In this document: positions 33,184 through 47,900 of the stretch, piece after piece | Position numbering within the stretch: position 1 is the stretch's first letter | Layout: every line of letters starts with the position of its first letter | Source of the DNA: Salpingoeca rosetta | Lineage: Eukaryota; Protista; Choanoflagellata | Length of the DNA: 64,000 bases | Direction: 5' to 3' | Assembly: GCA_033442325.1 (NCBI GenBank) | Contig: JAWQFM010000016.1 | Location: 911,679-975,678, forward strand | Translations under genes and position numbers: made by a program | The notes under the pieces: generated by a model | The model's input: the letters and a program-made list of their open reading frames with translations, nothing else | The model's database searches: none | Told to the model about the DNA's origin: nothing

Positions 33184-33741
33184 TGGTGACTGGTGGTGGT
33201 GATGACGATGGTGGTGGTGATGATGATGGTGGTGCTGATGATTGTTGTGCTAATGATGGTGCTGATGTGGTTGTGTGTGTGTGTGGTGTGTCGTTGTGTG
33301 GGGGTGCTGACCAGAGTGGTTCGCGTCATTCGTGTCGGTTGCTTTTGTGTTTGCGTGCGGTGCTTGATCGGTGGATAGGACAACAGGCGAGGAATGGAAA
33401 GTGCGTGTTTGGCTGTTTGGTTGCTCGCTGGCTCGCTGGCTTGAGAGCCCCTTGAACTAGGGCAGGTGCGCTTGGCTCTGTACCACAGTGATTTGACGGT
33501 TTTATGTCTTCATGTCAACAATGGCTGAGGAGGAAATGAGGAAGTAAATGAAATGCCACAACAATGAATACGTATGTGAGGTGTGTGTGTGTCTGTGTGT
33601 GCGGTGTGTGAGGTGTGTGTCTGTGTGTGCGGTGTGTGTGTGTGTGTGTGAGGTGTGTATATGTGTGTGTGTGAGGTGTGTGTGTGTGTGTGTGTGTATG
33701 TGTGTGTGTCGATTATTAGCGGTGCGACGAACATCCAGCAG

Positions 33742-34519
33742 CTACTGGTCGACAGTGTAGAGAGATGCAGCAAACACAATGTCGCGCTTGATCATGTTGG
33801 CAGCCTGCAAAAGAAGGTGGCGGTTGTGTGGCCGCGGGGACGGGAAAGGGAGAGGTGAGTTGCTTGTCGCGAAAGCGTTTGTGGTGTGAACAACAATGGT
33901 GATACAAAACATATGGACGCCAGCTCCTTATGATTCGTATGACTTGATCGATCAACCACTGCGATACAACGCCACCACCACCACCACCACCACCATCGTG
34001 GTCATCATCATCATCACCTGCTCCATCTTCTGCGACAGAACGGGGTCGCCAATGACGCGTGCCGCGTTGCGAACCTCCCTGACACACCATGGCACGAGAC
34101 GCGTTGGGTATCAGACACGTTGGATACGAGACGTGGGATGGTTATGGGGTGGCAAGGGATGGGTGGAGGCGTCGTGATGGCGAACGTGTGGGAAATGAGC
34201 GCACGAGTGCTGCATGAGGACGGTCACGGTCCCACAGTGCACACATTCCTCAATGACACCGACATCATGTGCACACACACACACACGAAATCGCGCGTGC
34301 GTTGCAACGAACCGGCACGCCTGTTCCAAACGAATGATGCACCGGACAATTGATCCTTCGGGCTCGTCCGTCAGCTCTGTACGTTGATGTGGTGGTGGTG
34401 GTGGTGACAATGGTGAAGGGCGTTGTAGGGGTTCAATGGCGCCGGCAATGCGAAACACGACACAATACACACCCACACACACACACACCCACACACACAC
34501 ACACCCACACACACACACA

Positions 34520-34595
<76 letters not shown>

Positions 34596-35444
34596 AACAA
34601 GCAAAGAACCAACGCCGCAGCACCACACCTGTGATCTGCTTGAAGGCCATGCCTCGCGCCCATTCGTAGACGACCTCCACCAGTCCAAACTTAAACTCCT
34701 CCAAGTACTCCTCAACAGAGACCTGCATCCCGCACGCGAGCTGTCATCGTGGTGGTGGTGGTGTGGCGTGGTGGTGGCGTGGTAGCGTGGTAGTGGTGAG
34801 TTGAGCATGTGAGGGCGCGATGAAAGCGACGGCCCAGCACACACACACATGAGTGACGGCAACAACGATAGCGCGTGTGTGCGCCTCTCCTCTACCGCGC
34901 AGCGTGCACACATTACGCACACACACGCACACACACACAGCGAACCTGCGTCTCTGCAATCTCAATGGCCATGCGAGTGATGGTGCTAACGCCTTCCTCC
35001 AACCGCGGTGTCAGCCGTGGCTCGCTTGCCCTGGACACGTGCACACGCATGCGATGAGGTGTGTGGTGGTCACGCTCTCTGGGGCAGAGAACCCAAGACC
35101 AAGAGTGCAACAGCACTGCAGATGGACTCACGGCACGCACACACATATAACGAAGGTGGATAGATGTCGTCAGCCCCATCACACCCTTCACCACCACCCA
35201 TCACCACACTTCGGCACCATCAACCATCACCACCGCGGCCTTAAGCACCATCACTCCAACCCCCCAACCCCCAAAGGCTTCGCCCCGTGCCTCACCGCCT
35301 GTTCTGGAAGACCATACAGCTGAGGAGCGCGACCACCTCCTCCGGGTCCAGCGGTGTCAGGATGTCGTGGAAGATGAGTTGCGTCACTAGCAGCTCATTG
35401 CACGTCGTTATCTCGCACGCAACACGCCCCTGTGCGCGCATACA

Positions 35445-35534
<90 letters not shown>

Positions 35535-35721
35535 GATGTGAATGCTGGCGCGTGTATCATCAGGTGGAGTGAATGAAACGGGCCCTTGTTGTGCCCCTCA
35601 GTGAAGGATAGCATGCAGCACACAGTTGCGTGTGTGCGTGTTGCTCACACACACACACACTCTCTCACACACTCCCACACACTCTCTCACTCACACTCAC
35701 ACACACACACACACACACACA

Positions 35722-35786
<65 letters not shown>

Positions 35787-37979
35787 TGTGTGCTTGAGGA
35801 CCTTGAGTTGGACGATGCGTTCGCTGTTGATGAATTGCAGCCGCTGCATCACCTGTATGCACATGGTGTTGCATTGGTCGTGTTGGTGATTGAGGGCTGT
35901 CTGCTGTCGTTCGAGGACCAACTGCGATGTCAATGCAAACAACGAACGACAGGCCAATGGCTTCACACGAACAGCACAACCGCAACAATGCAATCACAGC
36001 GACAACTACCACCACGATGACAGTGATGGTATTCACCTCAATGCGCTGCTCGTATTCGGGCAGAAGCGTCAGGTTTCGATCGCTCAGCTGGTGCTGAAGA
36101 GAGTCAATCTGTTCAACATGGGAAGGGAGCGGTGAGATAGGTTTGCATTGATCGATGGATTAGTGGATAGTTGGTGGTGACGAGGAGTGAAGCGGTGATG
36201 CGCCACGATTGAAGAACAGGCTGATAACGATGTCAAGGGACGTTGGCAGCGACCGGCACACAGCAACACACACACACACACACACACACGCACGCACACA
36301 CTCACACACACTCACTCACTCACTCATGCACACACACACACACGCACGCACACACTCACTCACCCATGCACACACACAGAGCACCGCCCACCTGGTTCAT
36401 GAGTACGCGCCGCTCGTGCAGTCGCCCGTACATGGACGTGAAATCCGGATGGGACGTGCACTCAAAGCCGCTGTTGTGATTTGGTGCAGTGGTCGTCGTC
36501 ATAGCGGTGTTGTGAGTGTCTTTCGATGATGATGATGGTGGTGGTGGTGGTGGTGGTGATGATGGTACAGAAGTCCACACGGACGTACCACCCAAGTGCT
36601 CTGCACCACAATCACACACGATCACACACACTCACACACAATCACACAAATCCACACACACGTACACGGCACCTGAGCTGCTTGTAGAGGGCCTTCATGC
36701 GCGTGTGCGCGTCTGCGGCCTCCAGCTGCTTCACGCCGAGATCTTTGATCGGGTGCAGCTGCGACAGCGACTGTACTCCCACAGCCCAGGTGGTGTGGTG
36801 TGGCGTAATATCATGTGAGGTGATCGCGTGCTGTCGATGATGGCGAGGCGTCGGCTGCAGCATCATTGGCACTCCAAACAGCAGTTGTCGTTGTCGCTAC
36901 CTCAACTCAATTCACCTCTACAACGCACACACACACACACACACACACATTACTCACACACACATTACTCACACACACACACGCACACACATTAGTCACA
37001 TACACACACACTCGCGCGTACACAGGGACGGCTACCTGACCTCGAGCCCCTTTGCTGCGAGCTGCTGCAGCTGCTGCGCCACCATCGTGCACTCCGTTGC
37101 ATTGCGCTGTTGAACGACCTTCTTCTTGTCAACCTGCCAGCGCAGTGAATGTTGTGCAATGAGGTGCAATGAGGGGTGCAATGAGGGGTGCAATGAGGTG
37201 CAGAACATCATGCAACCATAATAAAAACACGGACCGCCAACCAGCTCAACTGCGATCATTATGACTGCGACCATTGCAAGTGCAAACATGACACCTCCCA
37301 CCATTGCGCTTCTCGTCATACTATGGGGTCTCTCACCGGAATTTTCTCTCCTGTGATGGCGACAATGTCTGTTCCCGCAATGCGAACAATCGCATGTGAT
37401 ACCGCTCCCTGTGCCAACACACGCACACACACACACATGATGAGACAGCAGAATGTGCATCGAGCATACCGCCCCTTGCACAATCCGACACTCGCACACA
37501 CGCACGAACACTCACGCACTCACTAACTCCCGCATGTGTGTCCACAACACACACAACAACACAGGCGCACTTGAGGCACGTCGAGGTGTGTCACGGGCAG
37601 TGGAAGCAGGCTCTCCTCCTTGTTTGTCTTCTCCTTGCGCTGTCCGGGTTTCTGTTTGGACGTTTCATCCACCATGATGAGCACTTCAAAGTCCTTTGGC
37701 GCCGCTGGTCCATTGCTGCTCTTCATTGTGCGCAGAACAACGGCAAGCGTGTTCCGGTACATCTGGCTGTTCACAACGACAACTCGCCCCTCCGCTCCGA
37801 CGATGCGCATGGCCTAACGAAAGGGCACAGTGATGAGTTTGTGTGAATGAGTGTGCGTGTTGTGTGTGTTGTGTGTTTGCGTGGGCATTTGAGTGTGTGT
37901 GTATGCGTGGGCATTTGAGTGTGTGTGTGTGTGTGTGTGCGTGTGTGTGTGTGTGTGGGCATACGTGTGTGGGCATACG

Positions 37980-38012
<33 letters not shown>

Positions 38013-38066
38013 TCAACAGCACCTCCATTCCAAATTACGCAGCGCAAAACCTGATCACGCAGCGAC

Positions 38067-38111
<45 letters not shown>

Positions 38112-38464
38112 CACACGCACGCACACAAGTTGGAACATCTCACGTTATTGGAGGCGAGGATGGCCGCCATCATGCGGTGAGACGCGTCCAGGTATTCAAC
38201 AGCCAGCGTGTAATACTCCTCCAAATCGGATGGAAACTCCTCTGATCCAAGGACAGCCAGCTGGGCCTGTCCTTCCACGAGGGCCTGGCGCTGACTGCTC
38301 GTTTCGCGCTGCAGGTCCGCTTCCGAGAAACTCTGGCGCATCATGTCTTCAACACGCAAATCCTCCACGCGCAGCAGGTTCAGGATCATGTTGTAGGTCA
38401 GCCTGTTGGGGAGAGAGTAATAGCAAGCAGCGAGGGAACACAATGGGAAAGCAGCAGCGCACGT

Positions 38465-38519
<55 letters not shown>

Positions 38520-39130
38520 GTGCGTGAGTGTATTTGGGGGCGTGTGCAGCAAAAGGCAGCGTGCGACAGTGTGCGAAACAAGAACGCAGCACCTACAAGA
38601 TGCAATCTTGTGCACCCATCAGCAGGCAATGGCACAAACAACAGCAACACCATCAGCACCTGAATCTGGAGGCGAGAACGGTTGGTTTCCCGAGCATGAC
38701 GGTGTGCAGTGAGTTGACATCAGGCACGTCCCCTTTGCACAGCACAATCACGGTGCCAGTTGTGTCGAGTCCACGGCGCCCAGCGCGGCCAGCCATCTGC
38801 ACATACTCGCCTGTCGCCATGGGTAGCGTGATCATGACGTAGTGGTGATGAGGTGGTCGTGTTCGTGGTAGTTGTGGTCGTGTTATCATGGTGATGGTGT
38901 AGGGTGCAAGGACACCCAGATGAAAAACGAGCAGCGAAGACACACACACACACACACACATATGCACATACGCACACACGCACACACATGTATCCGTCGT
39001 TTAGACCTGGGAGGAGGTCGCGGAGCTGGATGCCGTCGTGTTTGCGGATGGAGTCGAAGACGACGCATTTCGCCGGCATGTTGACGCCCATCGCAAACGT
39101 CTCCGTCGCAAACAGCACCTGATGATGGTA

Positions 39131-39163
<33 letters not shown>

Positions 39164-39255
39164 GGTGGATGGTTGGAGTTGATGAGGACACGCACATCGG
39201 TGTAAGTGCAGTTGGGATTCAAATGCACAATGCCCACACGACACGAGAGACACAC

Positions 39256-39300
<45 letters not shown>

Positions 39301-39834
39301 CACGCATTGCCGACAACAGGACACAGGCACGGACCTTAATGAGCCCCTGCGAGAAGAGGATTTCGACAAGCTCCTTCATGATGGGGAGGAGACCGCTGTG
39401 GTGCACGCCGACACCGTGCCGCACCATCGCCTTGATCCGCTCAACCTGCAGAGTGCAGTGACGTGATGGTGGTGGTGGTGATGGTGGTGGTGACGATAGT
39501 GATGGTGATTGTGGTGGTGGTGAGGATAGGGAAGGTGATGGTGAAGCAAGGGCGTAAAACGTACACACGATCACGCACAAGAAGATGCACAAGTACACAC
39601 GAACAACATGAGCGCTGCAGCCATCACACGTCTGTCGGTGCACCTGTGGGAGGTGGGCGTCTGAACCCTTGAGAATGGATATGGAGCGGTGGAAGATTGC
39701 ATTGACACGGCCCTCTTCCTCCGCCGTGTTGAAGGACGTCCCCCGCAGATTGTACGCATTCTGTTGCGCCGTGATGATGGTGAGCGGCGATGGTGGTGCC
39801 AGTCAGAAGGAGTTGTTCAAACATGAGCGGCAGC

Positions 39835-39865
<31 letters not shown>

Positions 39866-41847
39866 GTGTGTGTGTACACATTCGCAACCTGGTCGCATCT
39901 CTTCTTTGAGAACGTGAAGACGACGCACGGGTTGAGGTTTTCCTTCTTGAGCATTTGCACCAGCGAGCGGTACAGCACGCGGTCACTGCCCATGTGACAT
40001 GACGTGGTGTGGTGTGGTGTGGTGTGGTGTGAGATGAGGTCATTGGAGGTGTGGCGTAAGGTGTGGCAGAGTGATGTGCTACGAAAAGGATCGATTGCAT
40101 CACGGAGCGAGCAGTGTTAGGACGCTTGGGTGTCACGAATCAGGTGGTGTTCGGTGCAACTCACCCGCCCCAGCTGGCGTTCCCGCGCTTCTTTGGCCCG
40201 TAACTGCCTGTCTTGGCGGCTTTCTTTCCTTCGCCCTCCTTCTTACCGGCAACCGCGGCAGAATGGTTCTACGGCCGCATATGTGTTCAAGTGCATGCGG
40301 GGGATGGGGATTGGCGTGTGAGATGCAGTGTCCACGACGGAACAATGAGACAATGACGGCTACCGTCGCATAAACACACGTACGGATGCACAACAAAGCA
40401 AAAGTTCTGCACATCATGCATAAACGCACACGCACACAGGTAAACACGTGCACACTCCCACTCCCACACCTTCATGTGGAATTTCCCGTGTGCGTCGACA
40501 ATCTTGAAGAGGGGGTCTGCTTTGCCAACCTTGCCCACGTACAGGAAATGCTCCAACGGCACCGGTCGCTTCGGCGTGTGGATCACGTACACGCGCTGCT
40601 TGCGTGTGCGGCCAACCCAGTCTGCAAACTCAAACGTGTTTGGGACGGTGGCAGACAGCATGACAACGTTGACGTGCTTGGGTAGCATGATGATTGTCTC
40701 CTCCCACACAACACCGCGCTCGGCGTTGTTGATGTAGTGCACCTCGTCGAAGATCACCCACTCCACATCTCGGATCATGTCCGCACCCTGCATGCGTTGT
40801 GTGACGGCAGCGCATGAGAATTCACCGTACGACATACAATCCAAGCATATGACACGCCACCTCCCTTGCTCCCATTCCTCACACCGTCCAAACCTCCCCT
40901 CTGCCCCCTTGTCAACACGGCACCGCAGCGTACGCGGTAGAGCATTGATCTGAGGATCTCGGTGGTCATGATGAGACACGAGGCGTCCGGCCGTATCTGC
41001 ACATCGCCCGTCAGCAGCCCAACATCATCAAACCGCGTCGCAAAGTCCCGGAACTGATGGTGGTGGTGGTGGTGGTGGTGGTGGTGGTGGTGGTGGTGGT
41101 GGTGGTGGTGGTGGTGATGTTGTTGTTGTTGTTGTTGTTGTTGTTGTGGTGGTGGTGGTGGTGGAGGTGATCGGTGAGGTTTGTTGACGTCAACTCAACA
41201 AGCTGTAAACGGGATCACAAACGCAAGCACGTGCACACGTGCAACAATCCACAGCAGCAGCAACGACAACCACAACAATGCCCCAGTGACGACGATTACG
41301 ACGCCACCTTTTGGTTGGAGAGGGCCTTGATGGGGGAGGTGTAGATGACGCGTGTCATGTGCTTCTGCGACATGGCAATGGCGTATTCGGCCACCACTGT
41401 CTTGCCAGCAGATGTGTGCGCAGCCACAAACACAGACTCGTGCCGCTCCATGCAGATGATTGCCTGCAAGCATGGATGCGTGTTTTGTATGAAGCAGGTT
41501 ATGAGCGTCATAGTGGGGCAGCGCGTGGGTCCCTCTGTCTCCTCAAAAGCTAAAACGTCGCCACTACCACAGCCACAACTATCATATCATTACCCATCAT
41601 GACCACAACCACCACAGCAACACGTGCCACGCGACCACCGCCGCCGCCACCGCCACCGTCGCATTATGGGCCACACCTGCTTCTGAAAGTCGTCGAGTTC
41701 AAACGGATATGTGATGGCCGGATTCGGCACCTGAAACTCAAAGTCCTCCACCTGACGCAATCAAGACAGACAAGCACACACATTGGTCAGGTGAGGTGAG
41801 GTGGTGGTGGTGGTGGTGGTGGTGGCGTGAGTGAGTGTGTAAGTGAC

Positions 41848-41879
<32 letters not shown>

Positions 41880-44226
41880 CTGTACATGTACTTGATGTGT
41901 GCGTATTCATGTGTTAATGCAAGCGAACGCGTCCTGCTTCTTCTTCACCTTTGCCTTGACGGGGATGGTGATGGCCCAGTTCTTCGTCTGCAGCAGCGAG
42001 TTGGACACGGCATGAAAACGTGACATTGAGTTTTCCTGTCATCGCTACCCTCCGACACACACAACACACAACACACAACACACAACACACAACACACAAC
42101 ACACAACACACGCAACGCACAGGCGCATACCTGCTCCTGCCCTGTGGACTGCGCGTTGGCTTGTGCGTATGTCTTCGTCAGCGCCGCTTCCAAGTCCTCC
42201 TCCACCTCCTCCTTCGCACCAGCACCATCCTCTCCGTTACCCTCCTCCTCCTCCTCCTCTTCCCCTCCACCGCCACCACTGCCCATGCTCTCCTCGCCGG
42301 TACCGCTGGCAGCGGCTGCTGTCAACTCTGACAGCGCAGGTACAGCAGCTGATGACGTCACAGCGGACGATTCTTCCGCTTGTTGGCCCTCTTGTCGCTC
42401 TGTTGTTGTTGCTGTTGCTGCTGCTGTTGTTGTTGTGGAAGTGGACGTGGAGGAGGTGTCCTTCTCGCCTTCGCGCGTCAAAGGCAGTGCAAGATCGTCC
42501 AGCAGACCAGCTACACACACGCATCCATGTGTGAGGGGCAGTGTGAGACAATGTCTGCGCATCAGCGTTGTGCGCAATGCTGTGTCGTACCATCAGTCAC
42601 ACACACACACACACACGCACGCATGCATGCAGGCGGGACACATCACATGTAGTCACGCCTATGCTGGCATGCACGTGCGCACGAACCCAGAGCAAGCTGC
42701 TGCGCAAGCGACGACGACGATGATGGTGGTGGTGGGAGGTGTGCAGACACGTCGCCCAGGTCCGGTAACACCTGATATGATGGTGGAGATGGGGTGAAGG
42801 TAGTCGTGTGGAGTCAGCACACACTGAGATAAGCAAACAGGTGATACACTGGCAGGCAGCGGCACATACGTACAGAGAGCTACGCACGTGCGCGCACTCA
42901 CTCACTCACTCACTCACTCACTCACTCACTCATTCACTCACTCACTCACTCACACGCTCACGCACTCACACACGACACAATACCTTGTTCTCGGGAAAGT
43001 CAAAGAGGGAGAGGTCGGGTTGTGTCAGTTTGCTGTCTGCATCTGCGCTGTGACTTTCTTGCTGGTGTGTGTCTTTCTTGCTTGCAAGCAGTCGCATTTG
43101 CTGCGCCACCTCCACGCCCATGCCGCCAGGCATAAACGGGTACTGCAGGGTTGACCCGTACGTCTTGTCCGCATTCGCAGCCACTGTCATCGCATCGTGC
43201 AACACGTGAGCGGCATCACATCACACACGGCAAGAGCACACAAGCAGGTGCACACACACGGCAAGAGCACACAAGCAGGTGCACACACGCGCGCGCGCGT
43301 ACACGTACACAGGATGAACCAAGCGCCTCACCTGTTCGCGTCATTGACATGGAGGAGACGGCTGTCTCGCTGCTTGACACGTGCGACTCGCGGAACGCCT
43401 GCAGTGTGCAGATGCAAGACCAAGCAACGATGGAGGGGGGATCAGTGACAAGGATGCGAGCACGCACATGTGAACAGGCACACGCAAACACAAACACCAA
43501 CACAAACACCAACACAAACACCAACACAAACACACACGCGCGCACGTGGCATTTGGGTTACCTTGGCTTCAAAGGTGATGGGGTCACGCTCAACCTGCAG
43601 CATGTACGGCGATTCGGATGTCATGGGAAGGAACAGGTCCTCGGGCTGTACGCTTGGCTGCCAGAACCGCTGGCTCTGCACGGGAGTCGTGAGTGCAATG
43701 ACACATGTGTGTGTGCGTTGGTGTCATGAGCCTCACTGATCATGGCACGCACTCCACACCATCAACACATCCCACACACGCACGCACGCACACACACACA
43801 CACATACGCACGCACACACAACACAACAACACACTGCACCATCATTCTCTCCCAACATCGACTGACCAGTGCTGGATCGTGCACACTGAGGGCATCAAGG
43901 TTCAGGAGGTACTCGTCGGTGATGCGAGCTCGGATGTATTCTGGGCTCAGCGCTGCGGAAGGCGGCAGTGGCACTGGCAGCAGTGGCCCGCTTGCACGCG
44001 ACTTGCCTTGCTCATGATCATGCTCGCCCTCCTTTGCTTCTTCTTTCTGCTTCTTCTCAACCACAGCTGCTAGGCGTCCATGCGCGCCATCGGCAACCAG
44101 CTGCATCGTAGGACCAGCGCTGTCCTTCCCACTATCGTCAGCACCATCATCACCTGCATCTCGTTCCTCCAGCGCCACTGCTGCCACCCGTGCTGCCAGT
44201 TCATCAGCAGCATCCACTGTGGCCAT
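33742..44226 (-). CDS. SKI2: Ski2/SKIV2L DExH RNA helicase (exosome cofactor), many exons
   Basis: [123 protein letters not shown] and [13 protein letters not shown]-terminal PFMPGG motif favours Ski2 over Mtr4. Confidence 0.93.
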
Positions 44227-44903
44227 CGCGTCCGCTGCTTCCTGTCAGCAAGAAGCCTTCTTCCTCTTCTTTTGCTTCTTCCTTCTTCCTCTTCTTTTGC
44301 CGCTGCTGCGGATGATTTGTGAAAGACACCCACCATTGTTCCGCAACGACAAATTCCAGCCTGCACCGCAGCGCATACACACCATCAGCGCCCACGAACC
44401 ACACGATTGACAAGCTGCTAAGCACAACGCCACAACCAAGGCACCAGCCAGACAAGAAGCTGCTGGTGGCGGTCTACACATTGACCAAACATCTCGGTAT
44501 GACATTTGCTTCCCTCTCCGTCCATTCATTGTGGCCACGCATTGATACTCTTCCTCGTTCCTCCCGCTCTCTTCTCCCCCCTACACACACACAGACACTC
44601 GCTCGTGCTCTCCGTGTGGTTGTGGTTCGTGCGATCCGAACAAGCCCGCTGGCACGTCACACATCCACGGCCTCACGTCGCCCCTCCTCCTCTCAACAAC
44701 TACAAACAAACAAACAAACACCCAAACTGTGTCACACGCGCTGCGCCACAACCCCCACCACCAACCCCTTCTCCCCGTCTACACCCTGCTTCACACCAAC
44801 TCACTCACACACTCACACACTCACACACTCACACACTCACACACACACACACACTGACTCGCTCACACACATACACAGAGAAATCGTAAGCAAACAACGT
44901 CTA

Positions 44904-44934
<31 letters not shown>

Positions 44935-44953
44935 CGTGCTTGTTTGGTGAACG

Positions 44954-47900
44954 ATGCCTCGCCCAACACGCGCCCGCACGGGCGCATTGCTCGTCTGCGC
45001 AGCAGCGGTGTTGCTAATTCCCGCCATCATCACCACCACGACAACAACAGTCGCAGCAGCGCCTGATGCTGGCCCGATCGCTGACGCCAACACCTTCAAC
45101 GACAATGACAACAACAACGACACAGCCGCGTCCGCAAACACGCCCCGGCTGTCGCCTCGCGCGGCACGCGTTCCACGGGAGGCTGCGCCGCACCTCGCAG
45201 GGGCGCTGCGCTACCATGAAGTGCTGAGCGCGAGCGACGTTTCTCACGTGCATGTGCAGCGGCGTCGTCGCCGGTCCACCTTTGAGGAGGAGCTGTTTGG
45301 CAAGGCTGAGCCCACCTCGGAGCACCACGAGGTGCGCTTCTCCGCCCACGGCCGGGTGTTCGACCTGCGGCTCGTCAAGAACCACCGCATGTTTGCGCAC
45401 GGCATTCGCGCCAGAATCATTGACGAAAACGGCAAGGTCACGCCCTTCCGCGTGGATGCGGAGAACTACCTCGTTGGCCACGACATGAGCGACGAGGCCA
45501 ACTCTCACGCCAACCTGTACATCCGCGACGGCGTGCTCGCGGGCTTCATGCACGTGCACAACAACACCTTCTTCGTTGAGCGCAGCCTGCACCACTATCC
45601 AAACGACAGCAGCATCGACATGATTGTGTACCGTGCAGCAGACGTGCGCACGGGGGACTGGCGGCGCGGGCTCAACGCCACCGGGCACAGCTTCTGTGGC
45701 GCCGACCACCACCACACCAAGCACCAGGACACCATCTCGCGCATGACCGCGAAGGAGCGCAGGAAATACTTTGCAGACCTGAACAACAGCAGCAGTGGCG
45801 CTGGCAGTGCTGGCGGTGATGGTGACCAAGCTGCACCTGACCACCACGACCACGACCACGACCACAATGACCACGACGACCAACACGATCATCATGCACA
45901 CGGGAATAACGAGTATGAGTTCCCGCAGCTGTATGGGGAGCAGCAGGCGCACGTGCGTGCTCGCCGCGCCCGCCCCTCGGAGACAGACAACACGTGCCTT
46001 GTGTCTGTGGTGGCAGATGCCCGCTTCCACGCCTTCCACAACAACGAGCGCGCAGACACCACGCAGTCGATGCTGCAGCACTTTGCCATTGCCGATGACA
46101 TCTTCTCCTCCACCGTGTTTGCGGGCGACATCCCGTCTGGCCTCAGCCTGTTTGTGCACGAGGTGACCATCCGCCTCGACAACTTTGTCAGCACGACGTC
46201 TGTCACGGAGATGCTGTCGGACTTTTCGTCCACCATTGACTTCTCCAGCAGCTGCGTTGCCCACCTGTTTACGCGCGTTGATTTCACGGGCGGCACGCTG
46301 GGCCTGGCGTGGGTGGGCAGCCCAGACGCAAACCGCGCCGGCGGCATCTGCCACTCCTCCCGCTCCCAGTGGCTCAACACGGGGCTCACCTCCAACATCA
46401 ACTTTGGCGAGAACGTGCCCTTTGCCACCACCTCGCTGGTCACGTCGCACGAGGTCGGCCACAACTGGGGCTCGTCACACGACGACCCGGAGGATCCCGT
46501 GTGTGCACCCGACGAACTCAACGGCGGCAAGTACCTCATGTTTGCTGTGGCCGTCGATGGTTCACAGGACAACAACCAGCACTTCTCGCCGTGCTCGCGC
46601 GAGCTGATTGCGGCCGTGTTGCGCGTGAAGGGCACGTGCTTTGCGCCGCAGCCGGCCGGCGTGTGTGGGAACGGAAAGGTGGAGACGGACCCCACCGGCG
46701 ACACGTCGGAGGAGTGCGATGCAGGTGGCGAGCAGGACCAGTGCTGCAACAGCGCGTGCGAGCTGAAGCGGCCAAACGGGCAGGCCACGCAGTGCACCGC
46801 CCTCAACAACATCTGCTGCGACTCCGCCACCTGCAGCTTCTATGCCGACAACACGCACCAGTGCTACGAGCCCTTTGACCTTGACCCGCTCTGCAGGGGC
46901 GTGGGCATGTGCGTGGGTGGTGAGTGCCAGGACCCGCCGCCGCCAAAGGCTGCCGGTGAGCCGTGCAGCAACGGTGGGCGCTGCCAGGAAGTGGCCGACC
47001 CAGACAAGCGCTGCATCACGTTCTGCGAGCGCTTTGGCGCAACGCAGTGTACGTGCACGGGCTCTGACGAGTGCAGCATGTGCTGCGAGCACAACCCGGA
47101 TGCCGACTGCAGCGGTGGCAGCAACTGCGGCTGCCCCTTCCAGGACTTTGACGGGTGCGTGCCGGCCATGTCCGTGGTGACGCAGGCGCGCGTCTCCGAC
47201 CCGCAGTGCTATGCGGACGACCCCAACGACGCCGCCAACACCCGATACGAGGACAACCCGATTCTCCAGCCGTGCACGGAGCCAGACGTCAACGACTGCC
47301 TGCATGTGCTCGACCTGCCACCCGGCACGCCGTGCAGCTCTGGGCAGTGTAACCGCCAGGGCCAGTGCGAGCGCGCTGCGTCGGGGATTGCGCGCTTCTG
47401 GGACCCGGACAACTTCTCGCTGGACAGCCTCAAGCTGTGGGCGCGCAACAACATTGTGGGCGCGGTGATGATTGTGGCGCTGCTGCTGTGGATCCCGGCC
47501 GTGTGTCTGATCAAGCGGTACGACCACAAGCAGCGCGAACTCAACGCCGCATACGGCACGCGCCGCACAGCAAGCACGATGAAGCGGAAGAAACATCCGC
47601 GCCAGGGCGGAGCTGTTGGCACAGCGGGCCGCCGCCGCCGCAGTAAAGATACGTCTGCAGCAGCAAGGGGCCCACGCCCACGCCGCGATGGTCGTGGTGG
47701 CCCTGCACCCTCCAACGGGCTGGCTGGCTCCAGTGGCGGTGGTGAGAGGCGGCGTGGCGCCCGTGCTGCCAGCACTCGCGACGGTGGCGATCGCCGTCGC
47801 AATGGCAGCGGCAGCGGCAGCGGCAGCAGTGAACAAGGCAACGGTGAGCGGAAGAGGCGTGGTGCTAAGGTGGCAAGAGCACGCGAGCAACAACCTCAGC

